Assembly (NCBI GenBank): GCA_018829565.1
Contig: JAHJTW010000183.1
Location: forward strand, 9,996 to 73,995
Reading direction: 5' to 3'
DNA length: 64,000 bases
Origin: a bacterium
GTDB lineage: Bacteria > Krumholzibacteriota > Krumholzibacteriia > LZORAL124-64-63
Shown in pieces: positions 18,917-27,620 of the stretch; the stretch's first letter is position 1; every line of letters begins with the position of its first letter. The position numbers and the translations under genes are program-made. The notes under the pieces are model-generated. The model had not been told where the DNA came from. It was given only the letters and a program-made list of their open reading frames with translations, and searched no databases.

Positions 18917-20251
18917 TCAGGCCAGGCCCCCGGGACCCAGGGCCAGCAGGGTGCAGCCCGCCCGGACCAGGAAGTCCCGGTCGTGGGAGGCGATGACCAG
19001 GCCCGCCTCGGGCGGGACCCCCTCCAGCAGGGCCAGGATGCGTTCCCGGCCCTCGCGGTCCTGGGCGGCGGTGGGCTCGTCCAGCAGCAGGACCGGCCGT
19101 CCCGAATGCACCACCAGCCCCAGGGCCAGACGCCGGCGCTGGCCGCTGCTCAGGTCGTGGGGATTGCGCCGCGCCAGGTCCGCGGGCAGGCCCCAGGCCG
19201 CCAGGAATTCCGCCGCGTCCCTGATGGCGAGGCGGGGATCCAGCGCGATCTCTCCGGCCACCGTGGGGCGGGAGAAGAAGTACTCGGGGAACTGGGGGGC
19301 CAGCAGGGCCGCCCCGTGGTCGAGGTCGGGCCGCCCGCCCCGGTAGAGCCCGCGGCCGTCGAGCAGGACCCGGCCCGCCTCGGGCGACCGCAGGCCGGCG
19401 CAGACCGCCAGCAGGGTGCTCTTGCCGCAGCCGTTCGGGCCGGTGATCCCCAACCGTTGCCCGGGTCTCAGGGTCAGGTCCACCGCCGCGAATCCCCCGC
19501 CCCGATCATCGAACCTGCAAGCGAGGTTCTCCAGGACCAGGACCGGGTCGCCCCGACCGGCCGCGGGTTCACGACGGCGTTCCCCGGCCGGGATGGGCCC
19601 CGGGGCCAGGAATCCGTCGCCCTCCCCCTTGTCCAGCAGGTCCGCGGCCGGGCCCTGGGCCACGATGCGCCCGCCCGCCAGGACGACCAGACGGTCGGCG
19701 CGCCCGGCCTCCCTGCGGTCGCAGGTCGCGGTCAGCAGCGTCCGGCCGGGCACGGCCCGGCGCCAGCGGTCCAGCCGGTCGAGCACCCAGGCGGCCTGGG
19801 CGTCGTCCTGCAGGGCGGTGGGTTCGTCGCAGAGCAGGATCGCCGGATCGCAGCCGGTGGTCACCGCCAGGGCCAGCCGTTGCTTCTGGCCGGCGGAAAG
19901 AAGGTGGGGATTGAGGTCGCCGGCGCCCTCGAGGCCGAAGTCCCGCAGGATGGGCTCGGGGTCCAGATCCCCCCTGCCCAGGCAAAGCTCCTGCCGCACC
20001 GTGCCGCCGATCAGCTGCTCGTCGGGATCCTGGACCATGAGGGCCACCCGGCCCGTCGCCGGTGATTCCTCGCCGGCCAGGAACTTCAGCAGGGAGGACT
20101 TGCCCGAGCCGTTGCCACCCACCACGGCCGTCCAGGTCCCGGGTTCCAGGTCGAGATCGATGCCCTGGAGGATCCTGACCGGTCCGTCCGGTGTCCGGCG
20201 GTCCAGGTCCAGGCCCCGCAGGGACAGCAGGGGCCCGGGATCAGGGAGCAT
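18917..20251 (-). CDS. ABC/ECF transporter ATPase with two NBDs
   Basis: GGNGSGKS, QDPDEQL, LSAGQKQR, DEPT; then GPNGCGKS, LSSGQRRR, DEPT. Confidence 0.85.
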   Translation of the reverse strand: MLPDPGPLLSLRGLDLDRRTPDGPVRILQGIDLDLEPGTWTAVVGGNGSGKSSLLKFLAGEESPATGRVALMVQDPDEQLIGGTVRQELCLGRGDLDPEPILRDFGLEGAGDLNPHLLSAGQKQRLALAVTTGCDPAILLCDEPTALQDDAQAAWVLDRLDRWRRAVPGRTLLTATCDRREAGRADRLVVLAGGRIVAQGPAADLLDKGEGDGFLAPGPIPAGERRREPAAGRGDPVLVLENLACRFDDRGGGFAAVDLTLRPGQRLGITGPNGCGKSTLLAVCAGLRSPEAGRVLLDGRGLYRGGRPDLDHGAALLAPQFPEYFFSRPTVAGEIALDPRLAIRDAAEFLAAWGLPADLARRNPHDLSSGQRRRLALGLVVHSGRPVLLLDEPTAAQDREGRERILALLEGVPPEAGLVIASHDRDFLVRAGCTLLALGPGGLA

Positions 20252-21107
20252 GCCGCAACGACTCGAGATTGCGGCGCGCCGCAGCTGCCCAGTTGGAGTC
20301 CCCGTCGAGCCGGAGGTAGGCTTCCCAGGCGGCGATGGCCCCCTGGCGGTCGCCGGCTTCCTGGCGGCTGCGGGCGTAGCCGAACGCGGCCCTCTTGTCC
20401 GCCGGATCCCGTTCCAGGACCAGGCCGAACTGGCGGGCCGCTTCCTCGAATCGGGCGGTCTGGAACAGGGCGTTGCCCCGGGCGAAGGCGAAGTCGGTCG
20501 CCTGGGGCCGGGCCTTCACCAGGACGTCCAGGTGTTCGAGGGCCTTTTCGGCCATACCGCGCTTCAGGAGCACCAGGGCCAGGTTGTAGCGGGCGGCGTG
20601 CAGGTCGGGCGCGGTCTCCAGGGCGAGTTCGAACTGGGCTTCCGCCTCGCCCAGACGTTCGGACGCCAGCAGATCGACCCCCTGGTTGTAGGGACCGAGG
20701 GCGGAGGAGCGCTGCCTGGCGGATTCCCACTCCTCCTTGTCGAACCGCAACCTCAGGACCGACCCGGGCGCGGGATCGGCGCCCGATCCCAGGCCGTTGT
20801 CCTCGGCGATCCTCTCGGCGCGGCCGGGGTCGCCGTAGTAGTTGTCGGCCACGGTGGCCAGGGTCTCCCCCGGTTGCACCGCATGCTCGATGATGTTGCC
20901 CTGGGGGAAGGTCCGCGGCGGAGGCTGCGGCAATGCCGGCCCCGGGCCCGTCACCGTGCCGGTGGAGGTCACCCGCTTGGAACAGCCTCCTGCGGCCAGG
21001 AGCAAGGCGACCAGGAGCAGCCCCCCCAGGACCAGGCCCATCCGGACCGGCCCGGGGAAACGGGTCCAACCGGCCGGGAATCGGGAATCAGTCTGCCGAA
21101 CCGCCAC
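20241..21107 (-). CDS. LysM + TPR lipoprotein
   Basis: AGGC lipobox, LysM (HAVQPGETLATVADNYYG...IAEDNGL), TPRs; GTG start after AAGGAGG. Confidence 0.8.
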   Translation of the reverse strand: MAVRQTDSRFPAGWTRFPGPVRMGLVLGGLLLVALLLAAGGCSKRVTSTGTVTGPGPALPQPPPRTFPQGNIIEHAVQPGETLATVADNYYGDPGRAERIAEDNGLGSGADPAPGSVLRLRFDKEEWESARQRSSALGPYNQGVDLLASERLGEAEAQFELALETAPDLHAARYNLALVLLKRGMAEKALEHLDVLVKARPQATDFAFARGNALFQTARFEEAARQFGLVLERDPADKRAAFGYARSRQEAGDRQGAIAAWEAYLRLDGDSNWAAAARRNLESLRHAP

Positions 21108-22164
21108 GGATCCCTCCTTGGTCGCCGGATTCCCCGGCATCGTCCTCTCCGACCGCGACCCCCATGAGGCGCGGATCGCCCAGGGCGCCCGCTTCGGTCA
21201 GGATGGCCATCATGGTGGAACTGTCGGGAGCGGCGTAGAGTTCCTTGCGCAGGGCCGCGGCCCCCGGATATCCCCGGAAGGTGCGGGCGATGTGCTTGCG
21301 CACCACCAGGCAGCCCTGGTTCTCCCCGCGCTGGGCCACCTCCCCCCGGATGTGGTCGCAGGTCACCTCGCACATCTCGGCGAAGGGGATGGACGGGGCC
21401 TCCCTGTCCTCATCCACGGCCGTCATCTCGGCGAAGATCCAGGGATTGCCGATGGCGCCGCGTCCGATCATCACGCCGTGGCAGCGGGTGTGCTCGACCA
21501 TGGCCCGGTACGAGGCCCCGTCGACCACGTCCCCGTTGCCGATCACCGGGATGTCCAGGGTCTCGACCAGGTCGGCGATGCGGTCCCAGTCGGCCTGTCC
21601 GGAAAATTTCTGGGAGCGGGTTCGCCCGTGCATGGTGACCCAGCCCATCCCCAGCTCCTGCAGCAGAAGGCCCACCTCGCGGTAGTTGACCGAGTCCTCG
21701 TCCCACCCCGTGCGGATCTTGGCGGTCACCGGGACGGCGCTGGATTCGACCACGGCCTTGACGATGCGCTCGAGCAGGGGCACGTCGGCCAGCAGGGCGC
21801 TGCCCCCGCACTTCTTGACGACCTTCTTGGCGGGGCAGCCGAAGTTGATGTCCAGGACGTCCATCCGCCTGTCGCCGAGCAGGCGGGCGGCGCCGGCCAT
21901 GTGCCCGGGGTCGTTGCCGAAGATCTGGACGCCGACCAGGGCGTCCTCGCCCTCGGTGTCCACCAGCTTCCAGGTCGCCTCGCCGCCGTAGGTCAGGCCG
22001 CTGGCCGAGGCGAACTCGCAGAACCCCATGTCGGCGCCGAAACGCCGGCAGATGTCCCGGAAGGGGCGGTCGGTGACCCCGGCCATGGGAGACAGCAGGC
22101 GGTGCACGCCTGAGAACCAGGTCAGGCGCGGATCGAGGCGGACGGGTTTGCGGTCCAGCGGCAA
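21088..22164 (-). CDS. dusB: tRNA-dihydrouridine synthase
   Basis: PMAGVTD, DINFGCP, GSALL, KIRTGWD, HGRT, NGDV and MIGRGA.GNPW motifs. Confidence 0.9.
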   Translation of the reverse strand: MPLDRKPVRLDPRLTWFSGVHRLLSPMAGVTDRPFRDICRRFGADMGFCEFASASGLTYGGEATWKLVDTEGEDALVGVQIFGNDPGHMAGAARLLGDRRMDVLDINFGCPAKKVVKKCGGSALLADVPLLERIVKAVVESSAVPVTAKIRTGWDEDSVNYREVGLLLQELGMGWVTMHGRTRSQKFSGQADWDRIADLVETLDIPVIGNGDVVDGASYRAMVEHTRCHGVMIGRGAIGNPWIFAEMTAVDEDREAPSIPFAEMCEVTCDHIRGEVAQRGENQGCLVVRKHIARTFRGYPGAAALRKELYAAPDSSTMMAILTEAGALGDPRLMGVAVGEDDAGESGDQGGIRGGSAD

Positions 22165-22347
22165 AGGAAACTCCCGGAGATGGTCCAGCGGAAAGCGGGC
22201 GGCGACACGGAATACGGACAAGAGTAATCCAGAGGGGGGCCGCTGGCAATCCCGCCCCCGCCCCCCCTCGCCTGGATACTGGCCCTGCAGGCCTTCGCGC
22301 CCTACAATGGGGCGGTCACGCGACCCGACCGAGCGAAAGGACGCCCC

Positions 22348-23466
22348 TTGGCCGCCAAGCCCTACCACCTGTGCTTCGTCAACTCCATGCGCAGCTTCGG
22401 CGGCGCCGAGGTGTGGTTCCTGTCCGCGGCCCGGACCCTCCACGCACTGGGCCTGAAGGTCTCCCTCATCGCCCAGCCCGACGCCGTCTGGCTGGACCGC
22501 GCCCGGGCGATCGGGATCACCGTGAAAACCCTGTCCATCCGCGTGGACGGCGCCCCCTGGACCGCCGTGCGCCTGGCCACCATGTTCTCGCACCACGGGG
22601 TGACGGCGGTCATTGCCAACACCACCAAGGACCTGAAGAACGCCGCCCTGGCCGGGCGCCTGGCCCGGCTGCCGGTGATCCTGGGCACCCGCGAGAGCGA
22701 CTTCCCCCTGAAGGACAACTGGAACTACCGCCTGTTCTTCCGGCACCTGGCGACCGGGGTGCTGGTCAACAGCGAGGCCACCCGCCGGACCACCCTCGGC
22801 AGCGCGCCCTGGCTGGATCCCCACCGGGTCCACCTGCTCTACAAGGGGATCGACCCGGAGCGGTTCCATCCGGCCGCAGCGCCGCCCCCGAGGGTGACCG
22901 TGGGGTTCGTGGGCCAGTTCATCGAGCGCAAGGGCGTGCCCGAGCTGATGCAGGCCTGGTCGCGTTTCGAGACCGCCCCCTGGACCGGCGAAGGCCCGCC
23001 CCCCGTGCTGAGGATGGCGGGCGAGGGCGTTCTCGGCGAAGACCTGGCCCGCTGGCGTCAGGGACTTCGCCATCCCGACCGCGTGGAGATCATGGGGTTC
23101 GTGGAAGACATCCCGGCCTTCTACCGGGAATGCTCGCTGCTCGTGATGCCCTCCCACGCCGAGGGCTTCGGCCTGGCGGCCGCGGAGGCGGCGGTGTGCG
23201 GACTTCCTGTGATCGCCGGCCGCGCCAGCAGCCTGCCCGAGATCGTCCAGGACGGGGTGACCGGGCGGCTGGTGGATCCCGGGGACGTGGACGGCCTGCT
23301 GGCGGCCATCGAGGAACTAACCGGATCGCCCGCCCTGCGCGCCACCTGGGGCCGGGCGGGACGCCGGCGGGTCCTCGACAACTTCACCCATGACCGGTGC
23401 ATGGCCCGGCTGATCCAGCTGACCGGTGGACCGGTGCCCGCAACCCTGGAAGGAGCCCTCGCATGA
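22348..23466 (+). CDS. GT4 family glycosyltransferase
   Basis: GGAE, RKG, EGFGL...EA and PEIVQDGVTG motifs. Confidence 0.88.
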   Translation: MAAKPYHLCFVNSMRSFGGAEVWFLSAARTLHALGLKVSLIAQPDAVWLDRARAIGITVKTLSIRVDGAPWTAVRLATMFSHHGVTAVIANTTKDLKNAALAGRLARLPVILGTRESDFPLKDNWNYRLFFRHLATGVLVNSEATRRTTLGSAPWLDPHRVHLLYKGIDPERFHPAAAPPPRVTVGFVGQFIERKGVPELMQAWSRFETAPWTGEGPPPVLRMAGEGVLGEDLARWRQGLRHPDRVEIMGFVEDIPAFYRECSLLVMPSHAEGFGLAAAEAAVCGLPVIAGRASSLPEIVQDGVTGRLVDPGDVDGLLAAIEELTGSPALRATWGRAGRRRVLDNFTHDRCMARLIQLTGGPVPATLEGALA

Positions 23467-24266
23467 GCGTGTTGCGTGTCGCGGCGATCCAGACCTCGCC
23501 CGTGTTCGGAGACGTTTCCGGGAACCTGGAGCGGGCCCTGGCCCTGATTCCCGCGGGATGCGACCTGGCGGTGCTGCCGGAGCTGTTCGCCACCGGTTAC
23601 CAGTTCCGCGACACCGCCGAGGCCATGTCGCTGGCGGAGGAGACGGCTCCCGGCCGGACCGGTGGGCCCATCATCGCGGCCCTGACCCGCTTCGCCGCCG
23701 AATCCGGCTGCACCCTTGCGGCCGGCCTCGCCGAGCGGGCCGGCGACAGGGTCTTCAACAGCGCGGTCCTGGTGCGGCCCGACGGTTCGCGCGGCCTCTA
23801 CCGCAAGGTGCACCTGTTCGCCGACGAGAAGCTGGTCTTCACCCCCGGCGATCTCGGCTTCCCGGTGTTCAAGGCCTGCGGCACCACGGTCGGCCTGATG
23901 ATCTGCTTCGACTGGATCTTCCCCGAGGCGGCGCGCAGCCTGGCCCTCGCCGGAGCCAGCATCCTCCTGCACCCCTCGAACCTGCTGCTGCCCTGGTGTC
24001 CCGAGGCCATGATCACCCGATGCCAGGAGAACCGGGTCTTCGCCGTCACGAGCAACCGAATCGGCAGCGAGAACCGCACCGGGACCCGGCTGGACTTCAT
24101 CGGGATGAGCGAGGTGGTCTCGCCCCTGGGCAGGCTGCTCGTGCGTCTGGGCAAAGAGGAGGAAGGCGCTGCGGTGACGGACATCGACCTGGCGGAGATC
24201 AAGCAGCAGGTCACTCCGCGCAATCACATCTTCGGCGACCGCCGACCCGATCAGTATCGGCTGTGA
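23463..24266 (+). CDS. nitrilase-family carbon-nitrogen hydrolase
   Basis: E-K-C triad in LPELF, YRKVHLF and ICFD. Confidence 0.9.
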   Translation: MSVLRVAAIQTSPVFGDVSGNLERALALIPAGCDLAVLPELFATGYQFRDTAEAMSLAEETAPGRTGGPIIAALTRFAAESGCTLAAGLAERAGDRVFNSAVLVRPDGSRGLYRKVHLFADEKLVFTPGDLGFPVFKACGTTVGLMICFDWIFPEAARSLALAGASILLHPSNLLLPWCPEAMITRCQENRVFAVTSNRIGSENRTGTRLDFIGMSEVVSPLGRLLVRLGKEEEGAAVTDIDLAEIKQQVTPRNHIFGDRRPDQYRL

Positions 24267-24292
24267 CGGCGGGGGCCGTCGGACCATGAATC

Positions 24293-24370
24293 GCCCCAGG
24301 AATTGAAGTAAGATGAACCAGGCGGGTTCGCACGAACCCGCCTGATGTCTTATTGATCAAAATGAATTGC
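24293..24370. repeat. 78-bp direct repeat copy 1 with hairpin
   Basis: 70/78 identical (ungapped, counted by hand) to 25728..25805; core CAGGCGGGTTCG-CA-CGAACCCGCCTG. Confidence 0.9.
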
Positions 24371-24436
24371 ATGCCGGTAACAAACAAACTCTTCCCGGAG
24401 ACCTCGCTGAACCGGTCAAGATTTCGAAGCCTGCCG

Positions 24437-25615
24437 TCACCTCCACAGCGCCTTCAGGTCTCCCCAGGAAGTCGTCTCGGTGTCCACCGGACCACCGTAG
24501 AAGGGCGTGTACAGGACCTCGGCCAGGATTGCTGGATCATCGTGAATGTCGTGAATCCAACTCGCAATCAAGGCCGCATCACCCGTTCCCCAGTAGTTGC
24601 CCAGGAAGTCGTGCTGCATATTGCCGTAATCCACCAATTGAACACAGTCGATTGAATATGCACTCGACCCCTTGATCAAATCACAATAGCGGACATAGGC
24701 GGGGGCGGTATTGACAAATTTCATCACCCCAGTAGTGCCACCTGTGAAAATTGTCTGGGTCGCGGCAAGAACTCCTTCGGCATCTACCCAGACGGCCATC
24801 TTCCCTCCGGAAATTTCACTGTCTCTGATTTCACAACGGGGAGCAACGGCCGTCATAGTTAGACCATAGAATTCGCAATCATGAATCCGGGTATCTCGTA
24901 TTAAACACCCCGCCCCGGCAGAAATTTGAACTCCAATGCGCGCATTAAAAATCTCACAATTATTGATGGCGATGTCATCCACTCCGCTCAATAAAACAGC
25001 ATAGCCATGGGGGGCGTCTGAAAAAATGCAATTATCAACCAATGCCCCCCCCCCTGTCCCATACATGTTAAGTAAAGCATGAGAGCTCACATATGAAGTG
25101 TAGAAGGTGGAATTTTTTACCCAACCTCCGGAGCCAACATTAATCCACCACAGACCTTCCACATTATCGACAAACCTGCAATTGTTGACAAAAATTGGTC
25201 CATCAAAGGCCAAAAACCCGTGGAAACTGTTTCTCAGGGTTGCGTTTTCTATTCGGCAGGAAACGCCTCCATCCCATCCCAACGCAATCGGAGAATAGTG
25301 GACATAATCAATATTCTGATTGGCCTGCCCAATGATTGTCACCTCAGGGCCTGCCCCGATGATCGTCAATTCAGATACGGTCACATGTCCTGCAACTTCT
25401 ACATCCCAGGCATATCCAGGGTACTTCACTGGGAACATCTCGGTGTATTCCCCTGGACCAACCAGGATCGTATCCCCAGACGCTGCTGCATCAAGGGCGT
25501 GTTGCAAAATGCTGAACTCCCCGCTTCCATCGCGAGCCAAGGTGATCGTGCGGCCTTGGGCACCGGAGCAAAGGGAAAGCAGAAGGGCAATCGAGATGAT
25601 AAATCTCAGGGCCAT
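24437..25615 (-). CDS. secreted right-handed parallel beta-helix protein with short C-terminal SWGxxKALW motif; AT-rich
   Basis: Signal peptide, GDTILVGPGEY, repeated strand-N/C patterns, NYWG, ends TETTSWGDLKALWR; AAAGGA RBS. Confidence 0.8.
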   Translation of the reverse strand: MALRFIISIALLLSLCSGAQGRTITLARDGSGEFSILQHALDAAASGDTILVGPGEYTEMFPVKYPGYAWDVEVAGHVTVSELTIIGAGPEVTIIGQANQNIDYVHYSPIALGWDGGVSCRIENATLRNSFHGFLAFDGPIFVNNCRFVDNVEGLWWINVGSGGWVKNSTFYTSYVSSHALLNMYGTGGGALVDNCIFSDAPHGYAVLLSGVDDIAINNCEIFNARIGVQISAGAGCLIRDTRIHDCEFYGLTMTAVAPRCEIRDSEISGGKMAVWVDAEGVLAATQTIFTGGTTGVMKFVNTAPAYVRYCDLIKGSSAYSIDCVQLVDYGNMQHDFLGNYWGTGDAALIASWIHDIHDDPAILAEVLYTPFYGGPVDTETTSWGDLKALWR

Positions 25616-25640
25616 TGGGTCATCCTTTCTCGATCTCATG

Positions 25641-25669
25641 ATTATAACAATACCACCTTGTTTTTGAAA
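25641..25669 (-). promoter_or_regulatory. sigma70-type promoter for the beta-helix gene
   Basis: TTTCAA-N17-TATAAT with extended TGn on the minus strand. Confidence 0.55.
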
Positions 25670-25727
25670 GCCCTTTCTCCCAACCGTCCGGAGGTAGATG
25701 CCGTTGTCCAGGCACGAGGTGGGGCCT

Positions 25728-25805
25728 GCCCCAGGATTGGAAGTATGATGAATCAGGCGGGTTCGCACGAACCCGCCTGATGTCTGATCGATCAAAAAGT
25801 ATTGC
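25728..25805. repeat. 78-bp direct repeat copy 2 with hairpin
   Basis: Matches 24293..24370; lies 22 nt after the glgC stop. Confidence 0.9.
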
Positions 25806-25827
25806 GCGCTGGTTGCAGAAAAATGCG

Positions 25828-27084
25828 CTAGAGATGGACGCCGGGATCGCTGAGATCCATGTTCTTGGGCACGACCACCACGCCGCCCGGCGAGATGGTG
25901 AACAGGGCCGCATCCTGCACCGGGTCGAACCCGATCTCCATCCCCTCGGGCACCACCACGTTCTTGTCGATGATGGCGCGGCGGACGCGGGCGTACCGCC
26001 CGACCGTCACGTTGTCCCCGAGGATGCTGTCGGTGACCCTGCAGTAGGAATTGAGGCGCACGCTGCGGCCGATGACCGAGCGCTCGACGCGGCCGCCGGA
26101 GATGATCGTGCCTCCGCCCACGATGGAGTCCTCGACGATGCCGGGCAGGGTCCCGTCCTGCGTGAACCCGTGCACGGACTTGAAGGGAGGCACCGGAGGC
26201 TGCCAGGCCCGGAACACCCAGTCCTTGTCGTAGAGGTCGAGCTGGGGCGTGCGGCTGACCAGGTCCATGGTCGCCTCGTAGTAGCTGTCCAGGGTCCCGA
26301 TGTCGCGCCAGTACCGCGGTTCGTGGGTCTGGGAGCTGCGGAAGGGATAGGCGTAGACCAGACCCTGCTCCACCAGCCGGGGGATGATGTCCTTGCCGAA
26401 GTCGTGCCGGCTGTCGGTCTGCTTGGCGTCGAAGCTGAGTTCCCGCACCAGGTCGGCCGTGTCGAAGATGTAGACCCCCATGTTGACCAGGCAGCGGTCC
26501 GGATCGCCGGGGATGGTCTTGGGGTTCGCCGGCTTCTCCTCGAAGCCCACCACCTTCCAGTTCTCGTCGACCTCCAGGATGCCGAACTGGTCGGCCCCCT
26601 CCTTCGGGACGACGGCCGCGGCCAGGCTCATGCAGCCTTGATGATCGGCGTGGAACCCCAGCAGCTTGCCGTAGTCCATGCGGTAGATGTGGTCCCCGGA
26701 GAGGATCAGCACGTGATCGGGCTTGCGGTTCTGCAGCAGGTAGATGTTCTGGTACACGGCGTCGGCGGTGCCTCCGTACCAGCGCTGGCCCACCCGGTGC
26801 TGCGGGGGAATGCGGTAGAGGAACTCGCCCGCCTCGTAGCTGAAGATGTTCCAGCCGCGCTGCAGGTGCTGGTCCAGGGAGAACGACTTGTACTGGGTCA
26901 GCACGTAGATCTGCCGCAGGCCGCTGTGGATGCAGTTGCTCAGGGTGAAGTCGATGATCCGGTAGGCGCCGCCGAAGGGAACGGCCGGCTTGGAGCGGTC
27001 ACGGGTCAGCGGATACAGGCGTTCGCCCTGGCCGCCGGCGAGGATGAGGGTCAGGGTGCCGCGCACCAGCTTGCGAATGCTCAA
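25828..27084 (-). CDS. glgC: glucose-1-phosphate adenylyltransferase
   Basis: LAGGQGERLYPLT, KPAVPFGG.YRIIDF, GTADAVYQN, DFGKDIIP and YWRDIGT motifs. Confidence 0.95.
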   Translation of the reverse strand: MSIRKLVRGTLTLILAGGQGERLYPLTRDRSKPAVPFGGAYRIIDFTLSNCIHSGLRQIYVLTQYKSFSLDQHLQRGWNIFSYEAGEFLYRIPPQHRVGQRWYGGTADAVYQNIYLLQNRKPDHVLILSGDHIYRMDYGKLLGFHADHQGCMSLAAAVVPKEGADQFGILEVDENWKVVGFEEKPANPKTIPGDPDRCLVNMGVYIFDTADLVRELSFDAKQTDSRHDFGKDIIPRLVEQGLVYAYPFRSSQTHEPRYWRDIGTLDSYYEATMDLVSRTPQLDLYDKDWVFRAWQPPVPPFKSVHGFTQDGTLPGIVEDSIVGGGTIISGGRVERSVIGRSVRLNSYCRVTDSILGDNVTVGRYARVRRAIIDKNVVVPEGMEIGFDPVQDAALFTISPGGVVVVPKNMDLSDPGVHL

Positions 27085-27138
27085 GGGTGGACTCCCGCAT
27101 AGGGCCGGCGGTCAGCCGCACCGCATCGGAACGAAGGT

Positions 27139-27510
27139 TCAGTTCTGGGCGGTCGCCTTGTTCTCGAGAACACCCTTGACGGTTTCCACCAGTTCACTGA
27201 CATCCGACGATTTGGTCACGTACGCGTCCGCGGCCCAGGTCAAGTAGTTGTCCCGGTAGCTGGAAAAAGCCGTGTTCAGGATGACGGGGATGCGCTTGTC
27301 GCGCTCCAGGATACGCTGCATGGCCTCGATGCCGTCCATTCCCGCCATCCTGATGTCCAGGATAACAAGATCGGGCTTCATGGTCTCCACAAATTCGAGC
27401 CCCTGGACCGCGTTGCTCGCGGTCATGGTCTCGAACCCGGCGCGCCGCAATTCCGTTTCGTACAGCAGCCTCAGGTGGGGTTCGTCGTCGACGATCAGGA
27501 TCTTGCTCAC
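27139..27510 (-). CDS. single-domain response regulator
   Basis: ILIVDDE, LDIRM, NTA, K; GTG start after AGGAGG. Confidence 0.88.
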   Translation of the reverse strand: MSKILIVDDEPHLRLLYETELRRAGFETMTASNAVQGLEFVETMKPDLVILDIRMAGMDGIEAMQRILERDKRIPVILNTAFSSYRDNYLTWAADAYVTKSSDVSELVETVKGVLENKATAQN

Positions 27511-27620
27511 AACCGGCCTCCTGCTGGGTTCGCGGCCCCGGAGGACCGCGCCATCAGAGCAATCTGAAGACAAGTTACCAAATCAGCCACGGCCTTGCCA
27601 GTGCGAATCCGGCGACCCGT

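Noticed and set aside
24293..25805. Repeat pair as a CRISPR array or canonical integron attC
   Set aside because: Only two copies 1.4 kb apart, no cas or intI gene, and no RYYYAAC/GTTRRRY ends.
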